Shown here: positions 20,477 through 32,105 of the stretch, in pieces
Layout: each line of letters starts with the position of its first letter
Numbering within the stretch: the stretch's first letter is position 1
DNA from: Octopus bimaculoides
Lineage: Eukaryota
DNA: 37,314 nt
NCBI RefSeq assembly: GCF_001194135.2
Contig: NC_068997.1
Coordinates: 28,164,861 to 28,202,174, forward strand
Reading direction: 5' to 3'
Translations under genes and position numbers: made by a program
The notes under the pieces: model-generated
Told to the model about the DNA's origin: nothing
The model's database searches: none
Seen by the model: only the letters and a program-made list of their open reading frames with translations

Positions 20477-22223
20477 TATGTATATATATATATATATGTA
20501 GGCCTGTTTTTACCTACATAGAAAATGTTGGAGTCCATTACATACAATGAATGTTTTACAGAATATCCATAGTATACAACAGGCTTCTTTTTTTTTTTTT
20601 TTTTTCTGATGTAATTATTAAGCATCTATTTACAAAACCCTATACAAAGTTCCTGCAAAGTTCCTGTCTTCAAGGGTATCATGAAAGACCTGGTTGGAGA
20701 CCTAACCTTCCAAGTTTTTTAACAGAGCTTAGAAAATCTGAAGGACTGCTGCAATAAGTGTTGAATCAAAGAGGGGAATATGTTTGAATAAATTCATAAT
20801 TAACTGATCATCGTGCGTTTTCTTTTACCCAGAGCCAGGAACTTTCATTCCGTCTTGTATTGTGTTCATTTGGGGAAAATATAAGTGAAAAATGCTTGCA
20901 GATGAAGCCTTAATGATTAAGGAGACACTAATGATAAATCTGTCACTGTATGTGTACACAATGCATGTCAGTGGTGAAACAGCATACATTAAAAGAAAGA
21001 ATGAAAAAAACAGACTGCATCCAAAAATATACCATCCAGGCTAATTGACAAATACTTGTTTACCTCCAACCACTAGCCAACAGACTAGCTGCTGCTGCTG
21101 CTTTGTCTATTCTATCCAAGTTTCTGCTCTTCTGAATAAGTAAGCTATGTATCATCTCAACACAACCCACCTGATGTTTTATATCCCCCACTTATTATAT
21201 ACTACACTATCTTGTCTGGAGGACCTTACACTGAACTACTTTGCCTATGTTGTTGTTTTTTTTTTTAAATCTCAGATAAGACCTGAATAAGTATACAGTT
21301 ATGACTGTCTCCAGTATGCTGTGATTTTAAGAAATTTTGCTATTTCTAGCAGTTAGTCTCACTGTATAGGGGCTCTTTGTTAGTATGTTTCCTGCACATA
21401 AACATACATACCTCTGAAAGTTGAGGTTGAACATTTTTTTTTCCCTCCCCAGTTTAGTAGCATCTACAAGAGAACCATGGGTGCTGCTCCTTGCAATTGA
21501 ATATTTGAAAACAAGTCTTCCATAAAATTTCAAACTTGATATGCACTAAGATTGAGTAAGCTGCTTTTGATTTAAGAAAACATATTGTCTTCACAGAATT
21601 CAACAGTTGAAGCTTTGTAATAGTAATAGATTCTGCTTTGACATAAAAAAATAAACAAATCAGCAAGAATTTACATGACAACACTAATTTCAGCAACAGT
21701 TGATAAGCAGTTAAAACAGGGAAACAGCATCCGATCTTATTAACTAAATCCCCCAGCAGAGGAGGAGCATGCCACATCAGATAGTTTCAGAAGCACTGCT
21801 GTACAGAACATATCAACCTATTTGCTCAACAAAGTAGATGAAACATAACCCCTGGTTAATCATTAAATGCAAGTATAGGATCTCGTATATGTAATGCAGT
21901 GAGTTAAAAAATTTCGTGTTTTTCATGAAATTAAACTAAACTTGCTTTTGAAGCATCTGAAATCGAAACAAATATGAAAGATAACCAATAAAATCAATTA
22001 ACTGAAATTTTTTGGAAAGTATAGAAAATGCTGCATGCAAGTAGATCTGGTCTTTCGTTTTTAAATCATCTGTTTGTGGGGGGTTATTTGTTTTTGTTTG
22101 TTTTTTTAACAGACATTTACCAAACATCGCACACTATTTCATCAGTATTTCTACCATGATAGACATTTAGTATTTATCATTGAGCTATATTAATCATTCA
22201 CTTCTAGAAATATTATTTGTACT

Positions 22224-22415
22224 AGTGCTGGCACCACATAAAAAGCACCCAGTACGCTCTGTGGAGCTGTTAGCATTAGGAAGGGCATCCAGCTTTAGAA
22301 ACTATGCCAGAACAGAGAGGGGAGCCTAGTGAGGCCCTACACCCCATCAGCTCAGGCCAAACTATCTAACCCATGCCAGCATGGAAAACATACATCAAAT
22401 CATGATGTTGATGAC
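22224..22415 (+). mobile_element. Family C (RTE-type) tail
   Basis: GTGCTGGCACCACATAAAAAGCACCCAGTAC...AGGAAGGGCATCCAGC...CCATGCCAGCATGGAAAA. Confidence 0.75.
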
Positions 22416-22774
22416 TAGTGTGCATAAATATGTTGTAATTTTAGATTGATTTATTAAGGCTTATCACTTAATATCTATGTTATGTGTATGTGAGACTTAA
22501 TGCTCAGTTGAAGATTCTTCAGTTTCCTCTCTACAACCATCTTGATCTGAAAAGCTACAAACGTTGCTTGTGGTTTCATATCCTGGTTTAATAACATTCC
22601 AATTCTTTTGTAGTTTGTTATGCAACCTTTCGAAAAGAGGCTTATTGTTTGCACAGCAAAAATAGTTGTTTGTTCAATCCTAGAGGATTAGTTAAAATGA
22701 GGGAAACAATGAGATAGTTTTTAACTGTTTCCCTATTTTTCTCTGTGGTTGATTATTTAGGATGATTGTAGACA

Positions 22775-23325
22775 CAGGTGGTAAAAAGTTTGCTTTTCAA
22801 CCACATGGTTCCAGCTTCAGTCCCACCATTTCACCTTGGTAAATATCTTCTATAACCCTAGGCTGGCCAAAGCCTTGTGAGTTGTTTTAGTAGAAGGAAA
22901 CTGAAAGAAGCTTATTTGTGTGTATACACAATGTATATAGACACAGGCATGGCTGTGTGGGACAAAGTTCGATTCCCAACCACATGGTTCTGGGTTCAGT
23001 GCCACTGTGTGGCACCTTCAGCAAGTGTCTTCTATAGTCTCGGGCCAACCAAAGCAACGTGATTGGTTTTGGTAGATGGAAACTGAAAGAAGCTCATCGT
23101 GTGTAGTGTTTGTATGTGTATCTTTGCTTGTTTGTCCTCCACCCCCATCGTGTGACAACAGCTGTTGGTGTGTTTACATCCCCATTACTTAATGGTTCAG
23201 CAAAAGACCGATAGAATAAACCCCAGCTTTAAGAAATGAGTACTGGGGTCTATTTGGTTAACTAAGACTCATGGGGGTGCCCCAGCATGACCACAGTCTA
23301 ATGACTGAAACAAGTAAAAGATAAG
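22775..23325 (+). mobile_element. SINE family A: head-only copy followed by a full copy
   Basis: CAACCACATGGTTC occurs at about 22798 and 22977; the tail ends ATGACTGAAACAAGTAAAAG. Confidence 0.8.
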
Positions 23326-23705
23326 ACTCCAGACTTCTAAGTATTACTCCCCCCCCCCTTTTATGTTGGTTTGAGTAGATGATTATTAACTTTTTGTTGG
23401 CAAAAGTTGGAATATTATGAAATTCTGTAAATTTAGTTCAATTGTAACCAAATCTGTTTTTGTGCTAAAGATTTTCAAGGAGCTCGTTAATGGAATTTTG
23501 TCTGAAATGAATTTGGAAAGTTGCTGAAATAATTTGTATTCGCCCTGAATTAGATATTTACGTAAATTCATTTTTATTTTTTTCTCCTTATTGGTAAATG
23601 TTTAAATATTAATTTTTTTTATTTATTTGATTTTATTGGTGATGTGATGAAAACTGTTTGAAGGAGGGAGGGTAGAATCTGAGGAAGTAGCTAAGCATCA
23701 GATAC

Positions 23706-23965
23706 AGTTGCTAATCATCATCATCATGGTCAATTTTCTATGGCTGGATGCCCATACTGCCACCAACCCTCACCAGTTTCCAAGCAAGGTAATAAAATCC
23801 CTGTGGTTAGACATGTTCGTGTAGGATACTGGAAATGATTAACACTACTTCTATAACAGTGACAGCCATTTTACAGCTATCATGTGGTGTCAAAAGCAAG
23901 AAGGCACAAACATACATGGACTCCCACATATTTATGAGAGTTCGTGTGTGTGTGTGTGTGAATCA
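23706..23965 (-). mobile_element. SINE body F with (GAT)n tail
   Basis: ATGGCTGGATGCCC...CCAACCCTCAC...CAAGGTAATA...AGACATGTT, homologous to 31780-31870. Confidence 0.6.
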
Positions 23966-24029
23966 ATATATATCAAGACATCATGAAAAAGAAGAATGGA
24001 TAATTATACCACTTTAAAATTTGTTTATT

Positions 24030-24423
24030 GTTCTACTATTCTTTTCAGTCATTTGACTGTGGCCATGCTGGAGCACTGCCTTTGGTCGAACAAATTGACC
24101 ACAGGACTTATTCAGGTTCAAAGCTTTGTGAATGGATTTGATTGATGGAAACTGAAAGAAGCTTCTGTGTGTGTGTGTGTGTGTGTGTGTGCATGTTATG
24201 CTCATACACATTTATGTATGTATCTATGTGTGTCTTTGTGTTTGTCCCTCACTACCACTTGGCAGCTGGTGTTGGTTTGTTTACGTCCATGTAATTTCAT
24301 TGTTTAGTGTAAGTGACCAATAGAATAAGCACCAGGCTTTTAAATAAATGCTGGAGTCAATTCGTTTGACTAAAACCCTTCAAGGCAATGCCCCAGCATG
24401 GCCACAGTCCAATGACTGAAACC
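24030..24423. mobile_element. Family A tail on the minus strand (24030-24112) abutting a 5'-truncated family A copy on the plus strand (24118-24423)
   Basis: CAGTCATTTGACTGTGGCCATGCTGGAGCAC on one side and GCCCCAGCATGGCCACAGTCCAATGACTG on the other. Confidence 0.7.
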
Positions 24424-24734
24424 TGTGTGCATGCGTGTGTGCCTAATTTATTCTCTGCCTCAGTCGACACTATAATTTTATTGATATGTGTCAACACAAC
24501 GATCTCTCCACTTGTTGTGTATGATGTTTTTCACTTCCCTTTTGTATTTTTCAATAATCCAAGCTTAGCCAGGCTAAGATTCACACCTCCTGAAGTTCAT
24601 AGACTTTGAATTAATTGCTCTGTGATAAGCTACTAAGGATAATGAGGATTAGGAAACATTTAATTGGGTCAGTCGCATAATCTAATGTATATTAATAATG
24701 AAAACAATAACACAGCATTTTATTTTCATTATTC

Positions 24735-24900
24735 ACCTCTTGTAGGGCAATGAACTGGACGAAATGTTCAAATTCCGCCGAGGTTGACTTTGCCTTTCAT
24801 CCTTTTGAGGTCAATAAAATAAGAACCAATTGAACACTGGGTTCGATGTAATCAACTCATCCCCACCTCCACCAAGCTGCCTTTGTGGCAAAAATTTGAA
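24735..24900 (+). mobile_element. SINE family B
   Basis: GTTCAAATTCCGCCGAGGTTGACTTTGCCTTTCATCCTTTTGAGGTCAATAAAATAAG. Confidence 0.75.
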
Positions 24901-24969
24901 ATAATTATCGTTATTACTAAAGGCACCAAGCTGTTAGAATTGTGATATATATATATATATATATATAAT

Positions 24970-25103
24970 GTAAGCTTGGTTCCCAATCACATGGTTCCAG
25001 GTTCAGTTCCACTGCATAGTAGCTTCAGCAAGTGTCTTCTACTATAGCTTCAGGCCAGCCAAAGCCTTGAATGGATTTGGTAGATGGAAACTGAAAGAAG
25101 CAC

Positions 25104-25171
<68 letters not shown>

Positions 25172-25406
25172 ATATATTGTGTGTGTCTTTGTGTCTGAAT
25201 TCCTACCATCACTTGACAGTCGATGTTGGTGTGTTTGCATCCCTGTAACTTAGCATTTCAGCAAAAGAGATCAATGCAATAAATGCCAGGTGTACAAAGA
25301 ATAAGTCCAGGTGTTAATTTCTTTGACTTAAAAAAGAAATCTTCAAGATGGTGCTCCAGCATGGCCGCAGTCAAAATACTGGAAACAAGTAAAAGAACAA
25401 AAGAAA
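24970..25406 (+). mobile_element. SINE family A with expanded (TG)n(TA)n
   Basis: Head, microsatellite and tail modules are all present. Confidence 0.8.
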
Positions 25407-25764
25407 GTTAGCTGATGAAGTAGAATGTTCTCTAAGTGGCTTGTGTGTTTTCTCGTCTCTGTTTTGTTTGCAATGTCCTGTACCCAGATATGCACCTATA
25501 CATACAGGTGGATGTCGGTATGCACATACCTGTACGTATATATGTATATACTCATTTACTATTTGTTTTTATATATATATATATATGTAAATATATATAC
25601 ATTCATATTTACATCATCATTGATATTTCAGAAAAAAAAAACTCCATTCTAGTTAAGAAAGAAATCTCTATAGATAAGTAACGAACTAAGGATCTGACTG
25701 GAACATTAGACTTTTCCTCTCAGCATAAAATTTATTCCACCGTTTGAACTATTTGTTTTTTTTT

Positions 25765-25796
<32 letters not shown>

Positions 25797-26761
25797 ACGC
25801 AGAACACTGATTTTCTCGCATTCTACCATTTCTACTACTTACTAATAATCTACTAGAGCTACTTTTAGACTGCAATTGTTGGCGTATTATTATGCTTAGC
25901 CAGCCAAAATAATAGCAATGTCTACTGAGTTATCGATGATTGTTCCTACATGTTTCCTGGCACAGCTATTTTATTTTTTATCCAGAAATTCAGAATCTTA
26001 TGTTTTCTCTCAATTTTTGACAACTGCTATCAATGGACATATACACATCATCTGATAAACAAATGCTTTTGTTTTTCTTTATTTTTTTAATGTATTCCTG
26101 ATGAAATTTGTTATGGTTATATTTGGTTAGAAATGTATATCAGTTGATAACTGATGATTATAATCTCAACATTGTGTGTGTGATAATTTCCCAACCAAAA
26201 AAAAATTGTTTTCATAAATGTCTGTTGGCTTTGATACTATTGCTATCTATAGCAGAGTTACAGAAGTAAAGTCTATTTTTAATCTGACTGCAAAAAAAAA
26301 TATATATAATTACTTCTTGGAGACTCTAGTTTACAAATTCCCATCTTTTCAAATATGGTTGAACTGTTTACAGAAGACATCCAGTTCTATCAAATGTGCA
26401 GCAATTTTTCGAAATATGATTTTAAAATGTTTAGTTTCTCATGTTCTGTATCTGAATAGGAGTTTGTATATCTCCGTCTCGAAATCTATTATACAATGTT
26501 ATATTTTGTGCATATGCAACTGAACACACTACTCTTGGTATTTGGCTTAAGAAATCTTTAAGTTCTTTCTCTCAGCTGCTACTAAACTACTTACCTGATA
26601 TTCTATTTCTGTTTACCGTGTTCCATTTACTTTATATACGATCATAGTAGGTTTTAGGATTTTTAAATATTAAATGCATTCTTTGCATTTTAATGCTTGT
26701 TTCTTTAGCTTTTTACATATCTGTATGTAGGACAGATTTATGTGCTTAAAACATTTATGTT

Positions 26762-26968
26762 CTACTTTTTTCAGTCATTGACTGTGGCCATGCTGGGGCA
26801 CTGCCTTGGAGAATTTTTAGTCGTATGAATCAACCTTACTACTCTTTTTTTTCTTTTTAAACCTGGAGCTTATTTCTCTCAGCCTTTTTTGCTGAAACAC
26901 TAAGTTACAGGGACATAAACACACCAACACCAGTTGTCAAGTGGTGGGGGGGGGGACAAACACAGACA
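26762..26968 (-). mobile_element. Family A tail module alone
   Basis: CAGTCATTGACTGTGGCCATGCTGGGGCAC...CTAAGTTACAGGGACATAAACACACCAAC. Confidence 0.7.
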
Positions 26969-27311
26969 CTATTTTTGACAAATTTTCATAGCAATGCAAC
27001 TAGAATTTTGATTATTAATTTAATAAATTTCAGTTTTTCAAATTTAAACTTCAGTTTAAAATTTGGATGTATTAATTTTGTGTGGTTGTTGCAAAGAGTT
27101 GTAGATTTTTTTCCTGTTATAGTTTTGTAGGCTCTTGCATAATGACCTACAAACAAAATTGTCCATTAACACATATTTGTCCTCTCTCATTCTCAGTATT
27201 TGGTCTTATCTCTTTTATGCTAATTATCCTTTACTGGTAATCTTCATGACAGTTTAATCACCTTCAGATAAGTGTGAAGATATGAAGCCAGCAAAATGTT
27301 TTCAGTTGTTT

Positions 27312-27635
27312 CAGTCACATGGTTCCAGGTTCAGTCTCATTGCATGCAACCTTAGGCAAGTATCTTCTATTATATCCTCAGGCCAATCAAAGCCTTGGGA
27401 ATGGAATTTGGTAGACAGAAACTGAAAGAAGCTTGTTGTGTGGGTGTGCATGAGTGTATATATATTTATGTGTGTCTCCCACTACTGCTTAGTGTGTTTA
27501 CATCCCCATTACTTAACAGACCAGTAAAATAAGTACCATAGTACCAGATAGGGGTCAATTTATTTGACTAAAATTCTTCAAGGGTGTGCCCCAGCATGAC
27601 TGCAGTCTGATGACTAAAACAAGTAAAAATTAAGA
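27312..27635 (+). mobile_element. SINE family A
   Basis: CACATGGTTCCAGGTTCAGTC...CCCCAGCATGACTGCAGTC. Confidence 0.75.
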
Positions 27636-27707
27636 TAGTTAATACTTTTCTTTGTTAGGTAATATTTCTTCATGGGTTAAAGGCAAGATTTTCAATTTTT
27701 TAAAATT

Positions 27708-27748
<41 letters not shown>

Positions 27749-28282
27749 GTTTTCAAAAATATGTTTTCATGGTTGAAAGAGAATAAAACTAGACACAAGT
27801 TAGCATAAACAAATATGAGTGGTATTTGTTGTAATTTAAGAGAGGAATGCTATTAGGTCTACTCTTTCTCGTCTCTGATCAATGAGCCACCCTTTCTCTA
27901 GTCTTTTATAGCTTATTGATTTTGTATTACGTTTGTTAATACAAAATACATAGGGACAGTTAAAGATAGAACCAATATAAATATTTTCAAACTGGCATGT
28001 TACTATCCAGTTTGAGAGATGTATTGACTGGACTGGTTATGGGAAAAGGATATTCATAAATTTCTTAGAGATAAGTTAGGCTGTTTAAATCTGGTGATTT
28101 AAACTCTTTAGAAGATAGATAAGTATAACCAATGCAATCAAGTGTAGTTATTGATAGAATATTGTTTAGGTTGTTGCTTGTTGTTGTTTAGGTCAGCTTT
28201 TATCAAGCAAACTCATGATCAACAAATGCATTCTGAACATGACCATCTCATCTGAAAAGATATATTTTACCTCAGGCTATGT

Positions 28283-28735
28283 CAGCAGTTCTCAACCATG
28301 TTTTACTCACCGACCCCACTTTGATTGCTCAGTTGGTCCCTCATAGCTATTCAGTGTTTAAAAATTCCATTATATTTTTATAATTAACCCTATCGTTAGC
28401 ATATTTCTGTTGAGATGCTGTGTTTCTTTCAATTACTTTAAATATAACAAAGAATTTAGTAAGATAACTTAGCTATCGTTCATAAATTGTGACTAAGGTT
28501 TGGTGGAAGATTTTAATTCAAAACTTATGAAAACAAGACATTTGTACTCAGAGCCAGAGCTGGTTTCAGCCGGGTTGCTAACAAAACAGTTAAATATTAT
28601 TAGGAATTGTATTACACAAAATATTTCAATGATATTTTTATTGTAGAAGTATAACCAATTTATTGCATATAAATTTTAGCAACAAAATCTTCTGTTGACT
28701 CTAAAGGTCATACGGATCCCAGTTGAAAATCACTG
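28283..28735. mobile_element. hAT (Charlie-like) MITE
   Basis: Ends CAGCAGTTCTCAACC and AGTTGAAAATCACTG (consensus CAGTGGTTCTCAACC). The 8-bp flanks GGCTATGT and AGCTACAT differ only by transitions. Confidence 0.65.
28384..28593. mobile_element. TTAA-flanked MITE nested in the hAT MITE
   Basis: TTAACCCTATCGTTAGC...GCTAACAAAACAGTTAA imperfect TIRs with TTAA at both ends. Confidence 0.6.
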
Positions 28736-29098
28736 AGCTACATTATCCAATGTATTTGCTTTATATGTATTTCTAACCACTAGAGCTGTCTCGTGTAAAG
28801 GCACTCTCTCTCATTGGCTCATAGGTTATTGGCTGGCAGCATAACAACTGTTCTAATCTGCACATGTGACTTCCAAGAGGAATTAGTATGAAAACAATAG
28901 GATTGGATTTACAAAGTAGTTGTAAGAAACATGCTGAAAATAGATGATTGCTGGGGTGGGGGGGACATAAGAATAGCTAATCACTTCAATGGCACCAGGA
29001 TAAATACACCGAAATGCTAAGAAATGCTTTGAAGTGTACAGGATGGATTTGAAGTTGCTGGAGTTCTGTGAAGATAATAACCTTGTCATTTGGCACTC

Positions 29099-29447
29099 AA
29101 GAAGCTTGCTTCTCAACCACATGGTTCCGGGTTCATTCCCACTGCATGGCACCTTGGGCAAGTGTCTTGTACTATAGCCTTGGGCCGGCCAAAGCCTTGT
29201 GAGTGGATTTGGTAGACGGAAACTGAAAGAAGCTCATTGTGTGTGTGTGTGTGTGTGTGTGTATATACTTTTGTTTCAGGCATTTGACTGTGGCCAAGCT
29301 GGAGCACCACCTTTAGTCGAACAAACTGACCCCATGACTTATTCTTTGTAAGCCTAGCACTTATTCTATCAGTTTCTTTTGCCAAAGCGCTAAGTTACGG
29401 GACATAAACACACCAACATCGGTTGTCAAGCACTGGTGGGAGGACAC
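29099..29447. mobile_element. SINE family A head (+) joined at (TG)n to an inverted tail module (-)
   Basis: Head at 29099-29227 is forward, (TG)n follows, then the reverse-complement tail at 29268-29447. Confidence 0.75.
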
Positions 29448-29449
29448 CA

Positions 29450-29730
29450 CCATCTCTCCACCTTGAGAGGTCATAGCTTTGGTACCACAGACAATGAGAA
29501 TGCTACAGAAAAGAATTGCAAGACAGGGTTTTTTTAAGCTGAGCCAGCTGGCAGGGGACCTAGGAGTGGACCAAGAATGGAATGGTTAGATAATATCCAT
29601 TGTCTTAGTTGGTCATGCTTCAGAATCCAGCCAAAAAGTTTAATGGTGATTGCTTCTGATAGGATCATATGGAGGACAGTCCACTCATGACCCACCCAAG
29701 AATAGTGGGTAGAGAAGACGGATGGATGGA
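29450..29730 (+). mobile_element. Rex3/Expander-like RTE LINE 3' end
   Basis: 29547-29690 reads AGRGPRSGPRMEWLDNIHCLSWSCFRIQPKSLMVIASDRIIWRTVHS*, resembling the RPRGRPRTRW..I..L.W..LGI motif, followed by a GGATGGATGG tail. Confidence 0.65.
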
Positions 29731-30189
29731 AGACCACATCATTCTGGATGCATGTTTCCTTTTTAAAGATTCAAAACTGATCTGAGGGATATTTGGCTGT
29801 TATTTCTCACAAGTCAAAACACTAGTTAGTTGTTCCTCCAGCATGGCCACAGTCAAATGACAAACAAGTAAAAGAATAATTATATATAGCTAAGTAGTTT
29901 GAGCATACCAAGGTCTTTGTTGGGGGTGCCATGCAGTGCCAGTGTCTGTTATAGAAGTCTTTGACCTTTTTGTTGACAAACTGTGACATCTGAACTACTC
30001 AGCTGCAAGTAACTCTCTTGCTGTGCAAGCCTTAAATTTGGATGAAAGGAAAAACGTGTAGCAAAAACAAGATATTTCACATGTAAACATGCTGCTGAAA
30101 ATACAAAGTGAACAAGAAAACATATCAGTAAAGTTTGAAAGGTTGTCCTACTTTCACTAGTCAAATAGTTATTTTTGTTGAAAAAAATC

Positions 30190-30254
30190 TTTTCTCTTTC
30201 TCTCTCTCTTTCTCTTTCTCTCTCTCTTTCTCTTTCTCTCTCTCTCTCTTTCTC

Positions 30255-30302
<48 letters not shown>

Positions 30303-30811
30303 NNNNNNNNNNNNNNNNNNNNNNNNNNNNNNNNNNNNNNNNNNNNNNNNNNNNNNNNNNNNNNNNNNNNNNNNNNNNNNNNNNNNNNNNNNNNNNNNNN
30401 NNNNNNNNNNNNNNNNNNNNNNNNNNNNNNNNNNNNNNNNNNNNNNNNNNNNNNNNNNNNNNNNNNNNNNNNNNNNNNNNNNNNNNNNNNNNNNNNNNNN
30501 NNNNNNNNNNNNNNNNNNNNNNNNNNNNNNNNNNNNNNNNNNNNNNNNNNNNNNNNNNNNNNNNNNNNNNNNNNNNNNNNNNNNNNNNNNNNNNNNNNNN
30601 NNNNNNNNNNNNNNNNNNNNNNNNNNNNNNNNNNNNNNNNNNNNNNNNNNNNNNNNNNNNNNNNNNNNNNNNNNNNNNNNNNNNNNNNNNNNNNNNNNNN
30701 NNNNNNNNNNNNNNNNNNNNNNNNNNNNNNNNNNNNNNNNNNNNNNNNNNNNNNNNNNNNNNNNNNNNNNNNNNNNNNNNNNNNNNNNNNNNNNNNNNNN
30801 NNNNNNNNNNN
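30190..30811. repeat. (CT)n/(CTTT) microsatellite (30190-30302) running into an assembly gap (30303-30811)
   Basis: Directly visible. Confidence 0.95.
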
Positions 30812-31711
30812 CCATGATGGGTGAAAATCCACAAAGTAAAAGCAGTCTGTATATTTTTTTTTATTTTTATAATTTGTATATATTTTATTATAAATGCAAA
30901 ACAACACCATGGAGGAAATGACGTAAGCTTAAATAAACTGTGATAGGTGAACCACGATATGGTAAGGGATTACTGTATACCTGTCTAGCAAGGATAAATA
31001 TATTTCTATAGAATTAAATGAGTATAATTTTTTTTTATGGTTTGTTCCATAATTTTTCTGATACTTCTTGATAACTGTATACCACCCAAAAATATAACCC
31101 TGATATAAATACATACGCATGTGCACAGTCTTATTGGGAGAGCAAGGGTGTTTCTGACAGCACAGAATCTGAATAAGATCTAACTAGGTTGAAATCTTAA
31201 TCCTTCAGTTATCAGAATTCAATATTTTCATCAGAAGTTGTTATCCCATATTTTAGGGTGAAATACATTCTTGTATGGTTAACTTAGTATGCTCCTCTTA
31301 GCAATTAACTTAGTATGGTCCTTCATACATTCTCTGACTGGAAGAGTTTGATTCCATGTTTAAAACAATTCTACATTTTCTTTTGTGTAACCTATTAACA
31401 TTGCAGATTTTAGACTTTAAGATATTTCCTAGAATCTTAGCAAATTTTGTGTGTGTGTGTGTGACTACAGGCTTGGCCAAATGGTTAAGTTCTCTTTACA
31501 ATCATAAGGTCCTAGTTTCAATCCCACTGGGTGGTGCCACAGACAAATGTCGTTTGTCATAGCCTAAGGTTTTAACACTAGCCTTTTGAGTGAAATTGGT
31601 TTGGCAGAATTTCTGTGGAAGTTTGTCAGATGGATTGTGTCTATAATTCATTCAGCTCTATCGTATATTGTTATGTAAATTCAACATGGGGAATTACATT
31701 AAGGATACACA

Positions 31712-32105
31712 CCATCATCATCATTTTAACATCCACTTTTCCATGCTTGTATGGGTCGGACAGAATTTGTTACATGGCTTTTTTATGGCTGGATTCCCCT
31801 CCTGTCACCAATCCTCACTAGTTCCTCAAGTAAAGTAATATTTCTCTATGACCAGACATGTTTCCACGGAAGATTGGAAACACATTGCTTGCATGACGGT
31901 GCCACTTGTTTACAACTACCACACAATATCAAAGCAAGGAGGCACATGCATACACATATAAACACATACATATGGGCTTCTTTCAGTTTCTATCTACCAA
32001 ATCCAATTGTGTGGTTTTGGTCAGCCCAAGGCTATAGTAGAAGACACTTACCCAAGGCACTACAGTGGTTCAGAAGTAAACTTCTTAGCACAGTCATGCC
32101 TGCAC
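31712..32105 (-). mobile_element. Composite SINE: family A head, body F and (GAT)n RTE-type tail
   Basis: Head at 31975-32105 (TTTCAGTTTCTATCTACCAAATCC...CTATAGTAGAAGACACTTACCCAAGG), then a CA-rich linker, body F, and CATCATCATTTTAACATCCACTTTTCCATGC. Confidence 0.7.

Noticed and set aside
19924-29230. tRNA genes suggested by A-box and B-box motifs; CRISPR-like regular repeats
   Set aside because: The boxes belong to SINE heads with no cloverleaf. The repeats are dispersed and irregular in a eukaryotic genome, not a repeat-spacer array.
30303-30940. UBALD exon 3 hidden in the last gap after a polypyrimidine tract
   Set aside because: The (CT)n repeat itself explains the gap, the post-gap sequence shows no UBALD-like feature, and the gap at 15.3 kb is a better candidate. 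Not fully excluded.
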